64,000 bases of DNA. Origin: Mayamaea pseudoterrestris (lineage: Eukaryota). The stretch covers positions 62,001-126,000 of the forward strand of contig BROI01000036.1 of the NCBI GenBank assembly GCA_027923505.1, in the 5' to 3' direction. Positions 44,259-56,647 of the stretch are shown here, piece after piece. Position numbers and translations under genes: made by a program. The notes beneath the pieces are model-generated. The model was not told where the DNA came from. It did no database searches and saw nothing but the letters and a program-made list of their open reading frames with translations. Numbering within the stretch: the first letter of the stretch is position 1; each line of letters begins with the position of its first letter.

Positions 44259-46097
44259 CTAGCATTTCGAACTAACGCAAACATCCGCATTGATTTTACT
44301 GTGAATCACTGTCAAAAAGTTGACCCGGTCCACTGCTTCAGCTCGCTCGGCAATCTCCTCGGGCGAATAGCCAGGAATGCACTGGTTTCGAATCTTGATG
44401 CGCTCCATGCAGCTATCAAGATCAGCTTCCATGAATATGCGAAGGTCAAACATGCCTGGAACGCTTTCCCATCCATCACTGTCATGCAACAAATACAAAC
44501 CTTCGCAAATGACAACCTTGTGCACGTGGCGGTCAAACACGTGCGTGTCTGGCTCAGGATCAGCCCGCGCATGGTCAAAAGCAGGTACCTTGATGACTTC
44601 CTCCTGTCCGTCGCGAATGCGAACCAGGTCGCGTACCAGTGCATGTGGATCAAAGGTATCGGGGGCGCCGCGCCTGTAAATGGCGTCTTGCGGATTCGGA
44701 AAGGTTCTCAAATAGTCCAACGGATAGTGGTAGCCATCGTGCGGCATGATCATGCACGGCAAGTGCATTTGCTCCAAATGATTGGCCAGTAGCATGGCGC
44801 TCACCGACTTGCCCGAACCGGGGCCAGCTACCACGGCCACCATGAGGGGTGATCGATTAGTTTCCTCGGACATTTTCTTGATGCGCATGGCCATGTCCTT
44901 TTCCCAGCTACCGACAAACTTGCCAACCGGCTTTTCGGCCTGCTGGTGATCCGACTTGACCGAGTCGCTGCGGTCGCGTCGTGAAAGAGCGTTTGGTTTG
45001 AACGGGGACAGGTGACCTGCTTGCATCGAGTCGGACCTTGGCCGCGAACCAATATCCATGGCCCAGTCCGAGCTTCCACCGACGATATCGGCAAGCTCGG
45101 CGCTTGTCAAGAGACTCATGCTGCTCGACAGCTGCTTCTTGTGCATGGTCGACTTGAGCGGCGGACTGTGAATCGTTTTGAGAAGCGACTCGACCACCAA
45201 ATCGGCTCGGTCCTTGCTTTCCACGACAGTCAAGGCATTGACTCGATCCACCTTTTCCACTCGAATCAATATTTCCTCCGGTGAGTATCCTGGAATGCAT
45301 TGGTTACGCACCGCCAAGCGCTGCATGCACTCGTCAATGTCGGCGTCTATAAAAATCTTCCAGTCAAAGAACGACTCAACATCCTGCCAACCGTCGCGGT
45401 CATGCAACAGGTAGAGACCTTCGCACAAGACAACCTTGTGGCGACTTCGATCAAAGACGTGTTGATCGGGTTCTATGTGAATGGAAGAGATGTATGTGAG
45501 ATGTGAGTGCGTCGGCAACGAGCCATTAAAGACTACTCTCGCAAACAACTCATGACACATACCAGGATCTCCCTTGGCATGATCAAAACCAGGCAACGAA
45601 ATGATGGCTTCGTCTCCGTTTCGAATGCGCCGCAAGTCTCGCGCCAGGGCTTCCGCGTCCAAGGTTTCCGGCGCGCCGCGCCGATAGATAATGTCGTCGG
45701 CGTCAGAGTGCGCCACCCTCAAGTGCTGGAGCGGATAGTGGTAGCCATCATGCGGGGCAATGAAACATTGAATATTGTAGGTTTGCTCCAAAATGTTGGC
45801 GAGCACCATGGCGCTAATGGTTTTTCCTGTGAGCGAGAGGAGAGAAAAGGACGTAATGTGAGGGCGGAGCTGTCGAAATAACATTTTTCACAACCAATTC
45901 ACACTCATGATTCATCCAATTTCCATTCTCTCTTTCACTTCACACTCACCTGAACCAGGAATTCCAATCAAGCCAAGCATGTAGGGCCTTTCCGCGTTGA
46001 TGATATGATCCATCTTTTGTCGAATCGTTTCGGCAACCATGGGCTCCCATGTTTTCGTGTAGTCCGAATTGGACGGCTGGCGACGATGCTGGCCCAT
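44259..46097 (-). CDS. Tandem-duplicated uridine/pantothenate-kinase-like P-loop kinase (YggC/Yfh7-like); introns 45827-45949 and 45473-45562
   Basis: Two copies of GxPGSGK(T/S), HDGYHY, RRGAP.T.D, P.FDHA..DP and CEGLYLL in one spliced frame. Confidence 0.85.
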
Positions 46098-46607
46098 GAT
46101 GAAATTTAACTATTTGCTAGTCTGTCGTAAGAGGTGAGAGAAATTAGTAGATGGTTGTGACGGCAATAACGACAAGGCCATTGCGGCAGACGAACGCATG
46201 ATTGTGAAGACGAATTGCGACCGATGCTACCTTGCTTCTCGTCGCCCTACTGCTTCTTTGCGACCTCTCAACTAAAACTCACCAACTTGTCTAATACTTG
46301 GTACTCTAATCTTGCGTATATGATGATAGCGGCAAAGCTGGATCGTTTGTGTAAAGCAACAACAAGATCGGCGCAAATGTTCGTTCCGGTTCGAAAATGA
46401 AAGAAGAAAATGGCAGTCGTGTAAAAACCAGTCATGAGTGACGTAGGCGTCATCAAAGTTAGGGATGGAACTATGCTAGCTAGCTGGTTGTCGCCAATCG
46501 ACAAACTCTTGTTTGCGAGCAATTGAGCCGGTTACTTAAATTAGAAATGCATCATAAGGACGTAACCAACATATGCTATATATTCACACCTATAAGTGTG
46601 TATTCTA

Positions 46608-49600
46608 TCAGACAAACGAGTACTGTGCGTCACCGCCTGGGCCATCCATGTCGGCAAACTCCCTGACAAGCTCGGAAACAATTTCCTCTCCGCGAACCTC
46701 CCACTCGGCGCGGTTTCGCATGGCATAGTTCAAGCACTCGTCGCTGTTGACACCAAATACCTTGCAATCCTTGAGCTTCTTGGCGAGTGGAATGATGTAG
46801 CCATCAAAGAAACCAAGTTCACCCTGATACCAAAACGCACTTGGCGCAACCGTCCCGAGACGACCGGCACGAAAGGCAATCATCATTTCATGAAACAACA
46901 ATCTATTCCACTTGCGGTAAATGTGCCAGTGCTGCATGGTGTGCGCAACATCCGAGGCTTGGATAATGTGCTCCAGCACAATGGTGGCGCGGAGAGCATC
47001 CATGTCGTACCCACTCGCTTGCTCCGACCACGCCTTGTCCCAGCGAGCCTTGCGCAAGGCATTGAGCTCCTTGTCAAAAATGTCCGTTGCCATGACTTGG
47101 TTCACCAACAGACTGCGGAAGCGGAGAAAGTCATCCTTGGTGCAAAAGAGGCACTGGCGCAACTCTGTAAACTGGTCCGACATGAAGAGGGTCCAGGCAA
47201 TCTCGAGCGAGTTTTGCTCGGCGAGGCTCTTGTGCTGAAAGTGCTTTGCAAGCGCGGGCTCCTCCTTTTCCAGCTGCGCATTGGATATACCGCGGTGATC
47301 AACGTCATGGATGAGGCCGCTGAAGATGATTGCAAAATGCGCAATCGCATCCGAATTGATTCCGTGGGTGTAGTCATGCAATAGCGCCAGCGCGGCACTC
47401 TTGTTCTTGCTGCAAGCCTTCTTTTCATCCTCGTTGATATCCAGGTCTGGAGTGACGATGCGCTTCAAATGTTTGGCAATGCTCATGGTGACATGACAGG
47501 CGTGTTCAAAGTTGTGAAACGGATTGTTTCTATACATTGACGCAATGATGGAGACAAGATCGCGCAGCTGCTGCGAAACGACTGGATGGACTTGAATGGT
47601 GCGCCAGTCGCGCTCCTCCGTGGGAGCGTTGGCGTCAAATCGAGGGAGCGAAATGGCTTCGACAATCTCGTTGATACCAATGAGCTCTTCTGACATTTCC
47701 AAATCTTCCAACGCACGATCCTTGGGCTGTTTGGCTACAATCTGCTTGAGAAAGTCACCAAGGAGTTCCGTCATCCAGTCAACTTTGCGATCATGCTTGA
47801 GGGCAGCCTCGGTGCTGTCATCAATGGGAACGTCCGCATCTAACAAAGCATCGGTGTCGCTGCTTTGGGTTCCTCCGCTTGATGCAATGCTTCCAGCTGA
47901 CTGTTTGGATTGCAAACGGAGCCAATATGTTTGTAGCACTCCTTTGCCTTTTGCGTTAACCGTGTCTTTGCGAGGTGTCAGCCAGTGGCTTTTGCCAGCA
48001 ACAGTGAGCATGTTGGCTGTCTCCTGCGAGACTTGTATTTTTTCGCGTTCGCCCGTTCTGTAAGAGAGAGAGAAGAGCCGAGTCAGTTGAAATCAAAAAA
48101 CGAAAGAGACTGTTGCAGATACAGAGAGACTACTAAACTTACGACTCCATACGCGAGGCAGTATTGACAGTATCGCCAAAGAGCTGTTCAACAAAAGCGA
48201 TGTGAGATACTGATTTGTTGTCCCACGCGATCCAAGCACACGCATATGAAACTTACTTGGAAGCGACTTTTCGCTCCGCGTAGTACGCCTGCAGTTACTG
48301 GGCCCGAGTGCAGACCGACTCGCATGCTCAACGAGGTAGTATCGGGCCCAAGAGTGATCTCAAGCATTTGGGTAACTTCCTTCAGCTTAATCATGCACTC
48401 ACTCGCAAAGCGTGCCATGATGACAGCATGGTTCGGCTGTGGATCTGGTAAGCCGGTGACAGCGACTGGAACATGCAAAGTGTGAGTGCAAGGTGCTAAG
48501 CAAAATACCACCTCCGACAGCTCGATTCACACGCGTACCATAGCAATCGCCAATGGTCTCAACCTTAAACACTTTGCGAGCCTTTGCAAGTGCATCAAAT
48601 GCATTGTATATGGATTCAAGCAAATGAAAGACTTGCGAGGGATCGCGCGTTGACGACCATGCCGTGAAACCTGAGCGACAAAGTGAACGGCTGTTAGTCG
48701 ACGGCATGTAGAAAGACAATGGTAACACGGATTGACTGTGAAGGTAAACTCACCTGAAATGTCGGCGAAAAGCACCGTGCAAGCCGGAAACAAGTCAGCA
48801 AGACAGGATTTGCCTTGTTCATCGCCCTCGAGGAACTTGTTCAGCTTTTGGTTTGTCGATGCCAAGATGTCATTGTTATGCTTTTGTTGGATGAGCTTCT
48901 CGGCCACCTTTTTCGGGAACAAGGATTGGACAATCGCAGTCGTCTGCTCTGCACGTCGAAGAACAAGAGTTTGTCGCCGCTCCACAAGTTTGTCGTATAG
49001 CAAAAACATCCCAAGCGTGAAAGCAAACACCAAGGCAACAGCAAGTGTGACTAGCGCTGGCAAGTTTGTCTGATACTCGTTGACCATCTCTTGGCTTGGG
49101 TACGATGTCATGGTGTAAGTGCAGTTGTCATGATTCAATGGAACTCCGTAATGACTGCCATCATCAATCGCGTCAATGTCGTCAAAGCTGGCCATGCGTC
49201 CAAAGCGACTAAACTTGGGGTCATGCAAGTCACCTAGGCCAACGGGCGTCGGCTCGCGTCCGCTAATGGAAAAGGTATATACGTCTTCGCACTGATTGTC
49301 CAGCACAATGGTTATTCCTCGCAGATCCTCGGGCAAAACATTGACGAAATAGCTTTCCCAACGAATCAGGGCAGACAGCAATGCCACCGGCTTCCTCGTG
49401 TCGCGGTCAAACGTACTCCACACTGGTAGAAAAACTCTTGTGACTGGCGTAGATATATAAGCCGTTGATTTTCGACGCTGGATACTCAGCAGAGAGCTGT
49501 AGAAAGATGATTGCTGCGATGCGTTGACGCTGGTTGAATCAGGCGCATATTCCATGCCGCCAACGACGGCAGTTCCGGTGTCAAAGGCAATCTTTGACGT

Positions 49601-50548
49601 GTCAGCTGACTCTGGATCCGTCAACAGGTTGCGATTGCCAAGCGTCCGCACAAACACCGGCGACATTTGCCATCCGACAAGGTAGGGACCTGTGGATGGT
49701 TCGATAATGGCGTTAATTTTCTCCTCGTCAAGGCGGTAGATGTGGTTGGCAAGCCCATTGAGGATCAGCTCAGGCTCAATCGTCGTCCGCTCTACCACCT
49801 TGGTTGGGTCAAACTGGAATCCAAACTTGTCGAAACCTAGCGCTTTTTGATAGTCCAGTCCCTCTGCATGCCAGGCAGCATCGGTACTGTTGAAGCTGTA
49901 CTTCTCCCACTCGGCGCGAAGCTCACTTGGAATGAATGGATTTAGGCGAATGTAGAGAGCACCCGACAATGAAAGGATGGTGTGGCAACGTTGCTGCCAC
50001 CATGATACCGCAACAAAGGGCCATGTCTTGTTTGCCTGTCCGTCAATGGCGTAGGCTGTCGTCTGAGCCGATAAGGATCCAAGGGCGGCCAGACGGTTTG
50101 TTGCAATTTCTTGGAAGGTGCCTGTTGCGAATAGAAAGCGTGTGAGCGAAAGCAGTCGTCGCGTTTGGTGAACAAAGCGAGCAGATATAACCTTTCATCA
50201 ACGATCTGACAAGCAAACCAACGGCATAAACGTACTCAGTAATTTAGCAGAGGCAGAATAGTATAGGCCCTCCTGCTGCTTCTTTTGGGCTTGTGACATT
50301 ACAACATAGACGCAACTCGAGATTCCAATGGCCGCCAGTACCATGATCAGTAGCACTACGCGCTTCAACTTGACGACTTGTCTCGACTCGGTCTGAAACA
50401 TCTTGTCCTTTTCCTCCAGAAGTTCTTGTCCACTCATGCTGGTGGCGTTGGACGTGCTAAGGTTGGAGGAGCCTCCGCCAACATGGAGCACGCTTCCGTT
50501 GGTGCTGCTCTTGTCGTCACTGTCGCTGTTGTAGCTCATGGAGTTCAT
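46608..50548 (-). CDS. Receptor-type nucleotide (guanylate) cyclase fused to a class I cyclic nucleotide phosphodiesterase (introns 50122-50235, 48671-48753, 48466-48538, 48184-48256, 48058-48142)
   Basis: Two TMs flank an extracellular domain. Cyclase motifs LFADISGFT, KVETIGDCY, GLHSGPVTAGVL and FGDTVNTASRMES. PDE motifs FHNFEHA, HDVDH, ATD and ASDVAH. All five introns are GT..AG and keep the frame. Confidence 0.92.
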
Positions 50549-52656
50549 GTTGGAATATTTCGCTGAAAGGCACGCTATAGTTGAAAGCGTCAGTTGTGAA
50601 TGGATGACTGGGCAACTCGAAGAGTCATTGATTTTGGCGACGTACCTTCTCAACAGTATTAACCAGCTTGAGCGTATTCGATCTGTTTGTAGAATCGACA
50701 ATGACCTGATGACTGGTGTGCCAGACTTCAGACTTGAATTCGAGCAGGGTTATGCGATCGATTAAGGCAAAGCGTCAAACCTTTTGTGGCTAGACGCTGA
50801 GATGAATGCTTCGTGGCGAAAGGTTGGCAGTATAAGACTCTTCGTTTCTTTGGTTCCGATGTAATCGAAGCGTAACGACTTGCTCGAAGGACGAAAAATG
50901 AGGCTGGTTCGTGGTTTCAGGATCCGATTTTTCGAAACGGACGCGAGCAATCGGATGCATGACGCATGGGTTCATTTGTACTATTGCCCAGTTGGAAAAG
51001 CACCGAAGATTGTCGCTTATTGGACGAACAAGAAGAATGTCGTCAGTCGCAACGAGATTTGAATATTAAGCCCATGTCGTCACTTGAGACGCTCACGACC
51101 CAATCAAGTACATTAACAGGCATACTCCCTCACAAGTGCGAATGAACAATATGTCGAATATTCGGTGTGGCAACTTCTTGACTGTTCCGCTGCACCCAAA
51201 CACCATGCACGATCACATTGATATTTATGCCCAATGACCACGACTTAATCGAGCAGCCTTGCGCTTGACCATGGTGTGGCGCCAGAAGGCCGCAAAATCG
51301 ATCTCCGACCTCTCACTTGATGGTCGCTCATAATGGATGGACCGCAAAATAAAATGTCTATCAGGCCCGACCTTCGATCTCCCATCTGAAACCTCTTGGC
51401 GATCTGAATTTCAATGGCTGCAAAGCAAAGGCCATAACAGTCGATCTCGGACCTCTCGGATCGTAGTCGTCGATCTATGTTGCAAATGTGATTGTGTCAC
51501 AAGCCATTGGTTTGTACCGGTTACCTGCATGGTTGCGGTCGACTACCTTCCAATTCTGTGCATCAAGTTGTTGTCAAATTTGATGCAGCAGCCAAGTAAT
51601 AGCATAACGTCAACTAACTGCTAGTTGTCGTCTGTGCGACTTTCGCTTTTATGCAGTTGAGGCAAAGCTGACGACGGAAAAGTCAATGGAGTTTTGCGCA
51701 GTTGCTGGTGACAAACTACGAAGTTTGCTTCCTCTCCGTAAATTTCTGGTCGCGTTGCCGCGAAACGTCTTCGTTCCAGCTTGGCACGACAACAGGTCGC
51801 TTGCTAGGCTTCTTGCTACGTATCCCTTCGTACTATCAAAATTTAACACAGCGGAGCAGATATCGCGCCTATCGCTGTCTTTCTGTGTCTACATGGTCCT
51901 TGGCAATGCACAAGACGTTCGATTGTTTCCCCATCTCCTCCGGCGGCGGCGTCGTCCACTGCACCCTGGCTCGGTGATAAGCATTTGGCTTGATCGTCCC
52001 TCATCGTGTCGTTTAGCGTGCATATTTACGGCCACGGAAAGCAGTCGCCTTGCGCCAATGGTCGTTTATTCTGTTACTGTCACGCAAAATGTTCTTTGGC
52101 GGCTGCATCGCTGCGTTTGCTGATTGTTCAACTTCCTTGGTGCCGGGCACTGTCCACGCCTTGTTCGCAAAAGCAAAAGGGCATCATTGCCAATGCCACT
52201 GAGCAATAACAATAATACACAAGTCCATAGTGCCATTGGCCGATTTGCATCTATTGTCGACCGAATTGTAAGTTTTGATGCATGAAAAAACGACTCGTTA
52301 ATGCGCTGCCATGCGTTTGCGAATCATTAACGTCAGTGGCATGCCGGCATGCCATCAGGCCTTGGAGCGAAGGATATTCAACACCGTGCTCGTTGATGCA
52401 TTGCAGGAAAGGCTTGTCCGAGGCAGCAAGTGATTATGCGACAGCCGAAGCAATATACTTGAACGACGAGTGGGTTGGTCTTTGCTGTAGCTGCAGGCGA
52501 GACGCAATCAATTGTAATATCCTTGCTGGATCCAGACTCATCGTCATTGCTGTCGCTCTTTCCGTGCCACTGCTTTAACATTTTCATGTAGTCGCTCTTT
52601 CGCAAGTTGTTCCCTAGCAACGCATGCAATTGATGAAAAAAGTTGTCAAGGTGACG

Positions 52657-52706
52657 TTGCTGCTACTGCTGCAGCATTCGTCGTATCTGCTGCTGCTGCT
52701 GCTGCA
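52657..52706. repeat. Imperfect (CTG)n microsatellite, intergenic
   Basis: tgctgctactgctgcag followed by ctgctgctgctgctgctgca. Confidence 0.6.
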
Positions 52707-53096
52707 AGTGATAGAACGATGCAAATTTATTTTTTCATTGTCCTAGCTGATAGTTTAAAAGTGCGAGTAGTCTCGGTAGCGCTATTGCTCGCATAACATG
52801 ATTTCCCATGGTGACGGTTGTCGCTCGTCGTCGCGAGATTAAGCATGTCTTACCGGTTATCATAATTGGCGGATGTACTTTCATTCTTTGGCGCCAAAAT
52901 GTGTGGCTCGTCGCAGCGCAAATGCCTGGATGAGTGATCGCGCTGCCATGGAGGATCTCGGCTTGCCAGGTTCATCGTTTTGCGTTTTGCCAGCGCCGCG
53001 TTCAAGGAGCTGCTCTCTTGAGTACGACTAATTGACTGCGATAGACGAGGCTCCTACAGGTATATATTACGTCCCATTCGCAAAACCGCAGCAAGC

Positions 53097-55556
53097 ATGA
53101 CATCCGTCGTGAGTCTGACTGGCGCTTCCACCACGGATCCAATCGTTCATCATCATCCTTCATCTGCATCTACCGCAGCATCGGGAGCTCCCACTGGCTT
53201 GACCGTGCAGCCCGGAGTCGTCATGGATGCTGCAAGTCACTCTCACGATCATTCCCATTCTCACGCTCATCATGGAGCAGCCGCTTGTTCGTTGCATTCT
53301 CCCAGCAGCCTGCAGCGTCCATTGGTGTCACTCAACGTTCCCGTGGCGCAACTCATTCAAGACTACGATCCGACCAAGCCGCAGGAACTCTTTCACATTT
53401 TGCAGTATCTAGTGAAAATGGGATCCTATCAATTGTTTCACGAAATTGTCGTCGAGTTTGACAGCAAGTATAGTTCGAGTCAAGCGAATAGTGGCAGCAG
53501 CAATAGCAAACTGTACGACTTGCTGCAGATTCGCGATGACCATGGACATTCGCTGCTGCACTGGGCGGCCAAGCGATCCGATGAAGTTCAGTTTGTCGAG
53601 TACTTGGCGGAGCAGCTATTGAGTAGTGGAAAGGGCAAGTCGCTCAAGCATGCTGCAGCCGCAGTCGAGCAAGACAAAGACAGTAGCGTCAAGGATCCGT
53701 TGCATCCGTCACTGTGGATAGACACGGAAACAGGCATGACGCCCCTGCATTGGGCCTGCACGGAACCAAACAATCTCAAAATTGTGCAAATCTTGCTGCA
53801 CGCAACGGCTGCAAGTAAAGCATCATCATCAACACCATCCACTAGTACTACATCAATTTCACCATGGCTCGACGCCCGCGACGCGACGGGATGCACGCCG
53901 CTGCTCATGGCGGCCCAGCAGGGACACGTGGAAGTGTGCGCGCTGCTGCTGCAGCGCGGCGCCCACTTTGGCGCCACGGATTCGTCCAAGGATTCCGCCA
54001 CGCACTGGGCCGCCTACAAGGGAAGCTTGCCGGTGCTGGGGTTGCTGTGCTACTACGAACAAGTCAAGACACGTGGTGGTAACAGTAACGACATGGACTT
54101 TAATAGCAGCAATTCCATGCTTTGCGCGCCCGATGCGTACGGACAAACGCCGCTGCACTTGGCGGCGCTGCGAGGACACGCCAGTGTTTGTCGATACATT
54201 ATTCAGCGAGTGGTGGGAACGTCAAGTAATGCAGGCGCCATTTCAACTAGCAAGACGGCTGCTGCCACGAGCAAGCGGCGTCGGCGTCAAGCGGCCCGCG
54301 AGTTGCTCGGTTTAAAGGACAAGAATGGACGAACGCCGCTCGAGCTTGCCGTACACAAGAACCAGCACGCCGTGGCAACAGTGATGCGCAAGCAAATGGC
54401 TTGGCTTGGAGTAGTGAATCAAACGAACGACAACAGCAGTCATGTTGGTGTAAGTAGCAAGACGGCCAAGCTGAATACCATGAGGCATCGACTCGTCAAG
54501 ACGATGCGCGCCACTCTGTTTAGTCTCTTGCGCCTCAATACCTGGAAACGTTGGTTGGGCTTGCCAACGTCGAACGGCAGTGACAACGACGTTGGCGACG
54601 ATTACGATGTTTCATGGGTCGACGATGAGGCTCCGCAGTTTCCCTTTTACTACGTCAAGGCGCAAGTGGTGTTTAACTTGGTCTTTTACTTTTACGTGCT
54701 TTGCCCGCTGCTGGATCCAGGCGCGGGTGTACTTTGGGACTACATGGGACTGCAAATTGTCACGTTGGTGCTTTACGCCATTACATTCTACACCTTGTAC
54801 AAGACACATACGACGAATCCTGGTCGACTCACGGCGGCGGACGATGCAACGACGCAGTACTGGCGCAAAATGTACGAGCAAACGCTGGAGGGCTGCGCAA
54901 CGACAGATGATGGTAGTCAACAATCAGCAACGAACCATATGAACAACCTTTGTCACACGTGCCACATTGTCAAGCCACCTCGAAGCAAGCATGATCGTTA
55001 TACTCATGCTTGCGTACTCTTGTTTGACCATCACTGTCCCTTTGTCGGAAACACCGTCGGTTTGTACAATTACAAGTGGTTCTACCTCTTTTTGGTAAGC
55101 TTTACGGTTTACTGCACTTTTCTGCTCATTCTCTTGGGCATTTACTGTCATCGACAAGCACACTTGCCGCTGACGATACTGCTCATTGGCTTGTACCTTG
55201 GACTGCACGGGCTGGTGACGGCCGGCATGTGGATCTACCATACGCAGCTAACGATTATGAACTTGACGACGAATGAGCACATCAATCTGCAGCGATACGA
55301 GTACTTTTGGTCAAGTCGGGAGGCGGAGAGTGGTGTATCTCTTGCAGGTGCTGGCCGAAAGTTCCACAATCCATGGAACAAGGGATGGCTTGCCAATTTT
55401 CTGGACCGATGGGAGCCGACGAAGAACTGCTACATGCTGCATAGCAGAACGGCGCCGCAGTTGGGCCTATCGAGCTTGGAGATGCAAAATTTACTGGGTA
55501 GCTTTGATCAACATGACTTGCGCCGTACCGGTGCTTTGGACAATCATGTCGTGTAA
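53097..55556 (+). CDS. Ankyrin-repeat DHHC protein S-acyltransferase (Akr1/ZDHHC17-like)
   Basis: Several ankyrin repeats (GHSLLHWAA, GMTPLHWAC, GCTPLLMAA, GQTPLHLAA), TM segments, DHHCPFVGN, TTNE and the NPWNKG..N motif. Confidence 0.93.
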   Translation: MTSVVSLTGASTTDPIVHHHPSSASTAASGAPTGLTVQPGVVMDAASHSHDHSHSHAHHGAAACSLHSPSSLQRPLVSLNVPVAQLIQDYDPTKPQELFHILQYLVKMGSYQLFHEIVVEFDSKYSSSQANSGSSNSKLYDLLQIRDDHGHSLLHWAAKRSDEVQFVEYLAEQLLSSGKGKSLKHAAAAVEQDKDSSVKDPLHPSLWIDTETGMTPLHWACTEPNNLKIVQILLHATAASKASSSTPSTSTTSISPWLDARDATGCTPLLMAAQQGHVEVCALLLQRGAHFGATDSSKDSATHWAAYKGSLPVLGLLCYYEQVKTRGGNSNDMDFNSSNSMLCAPDAYGQTPLHLAALRGHASVCRYIIQRVVGTSSNAGAISTSKTAAATSKRRRRQAARELLGLKDKNGRTPLELAVHKNQHAVATVMRKQMAWLGVVNQTNDNSSHVGVSSKTAKLNTMRHRLVKTMRATLFSLLRLNTWKRWLGLPTSNGSDNDVGDDYDVSWVDDEAPQFPFYYVKAQVVFNLVFYFYVLCPLLDPGAGVLWDYMGLQIVTLVLYAITFYTLYKTHTTNPGRLTAADDATTQYWRKMYEQTLEGCATTDDGSQQSATNHMNNLCHTCHIVKPPRSKHDRYTHACVLLFDHHCPFVGNTVGLYNYKWFYLFLVSFTVYCTFLLILLGIYCHRQAHLPLTILLIGLYLGLHGLVTAGMWIYHTQLTIMNLTTNEHINLQRYEYFWSSREAESGVSLAGAGRKFHNPWNKGWLANFLDRWEPTKNCYMLHSRTAPQLGLSSLEMQNLLGSFDQHDLRRTGALDNHVV

Positions 55557-56647
55557 TGCGTCCGCTTGGCCGGAAGATCCAAGTTTTGGGCTCACTACGA
55601 GTATAATTACGAGATTCTTGCTCACCAAAGCTGCGACTAGATGTTATTGACAAAGGCTCGGACCAATATGTAAATAGCACAGATTTATCATTCTACGGTA
55701 GGCTGCAATGCTGCAATCAGTTCGATCACCGCACGCGGCCAAATAACCACCTGGATTGAGAGGCGGCAAATAGGGTCATCATCGAATCAAGCTACTCGTA
55801 GGTGTCAGGCGCGGACCTTGGCACAGAGGGTCCCACGTAGCAAACCTCTTGCCAGAGAAAGATGATGATGTCAAAAGTAATTGTTGTCCCGACAATGCGG
55901 AAAAGAATTTTACCATTCCTTGTTCTACGAAAGTAACGAGAAGGGACATGAGTGATGCAGAGCGCGGAGTGCCAATGGGTTGTTCGAAGAAGCGGTATGT
56001 AGATCATGAACTCATTGATGATTTAATGGTGATGCCAGCGGCGTTCGCGCACAAGTACAGAAATTGGTCGGCAGGCTCAATTTATACTGCCTCCAATCTT
56101 TGAAACAGCTTTAAAATCGGATCGTATAGCCACCACGATCAATGGGCTTCGCGCTTGTTGCATACTGCGTTCGCGTTGATGACAGTATTACTTGCGTATC
56201 GGGCTGATCGGACGTCACGGGCCTTTAAAGAAGTGTCACATCATTAACTCTGTGATCTCAAAAATACATCGGCGCACATAATCTCGGCAAACTATCTTTG
56301 AAAGTTTAACTCCGCCAGCATGCCACCTATCTCCAACAGTAAATCTACCGATAGCTATGCCGACCTGCATCGCTTGCAAAGCGCATTGACGATGGTGAAC
56401 GTGTATGCACCTGCCTCACTAACAATTGGTAGTATAACCGGCACAGGTCGATACAATGAGATCCAAGGTCAGTCATCAATCAAGGCGACAATCTTACGCG
56501 TCTTAACCGAAGCGCTTGATGAGCTCAACTCAGACGGTAATGAGGAATATACTACAGATTAATGCTGATCTGCTTGATTCAAAGATCATTGCTAGCTATA
56601 GACTGACGTTAACTATTTTATGTAATAACAGGAGCTACACTAGGTGC

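Noticed and set aside
50700..52900. Cluster of short ORFs in a 2.2-kb gap between divergent genes
   Set aside because: No recognisable motifs, terminal repeats or RNA gene. A decayed gene or lncRNA cannot be excluded but is unsupported.
55790..56562. Short plus-strand ORFs 55849-56103 and 56320-56562
   Set aside because: Too short, with no homology signal I can recognise; could be small genes but cannot be supported.
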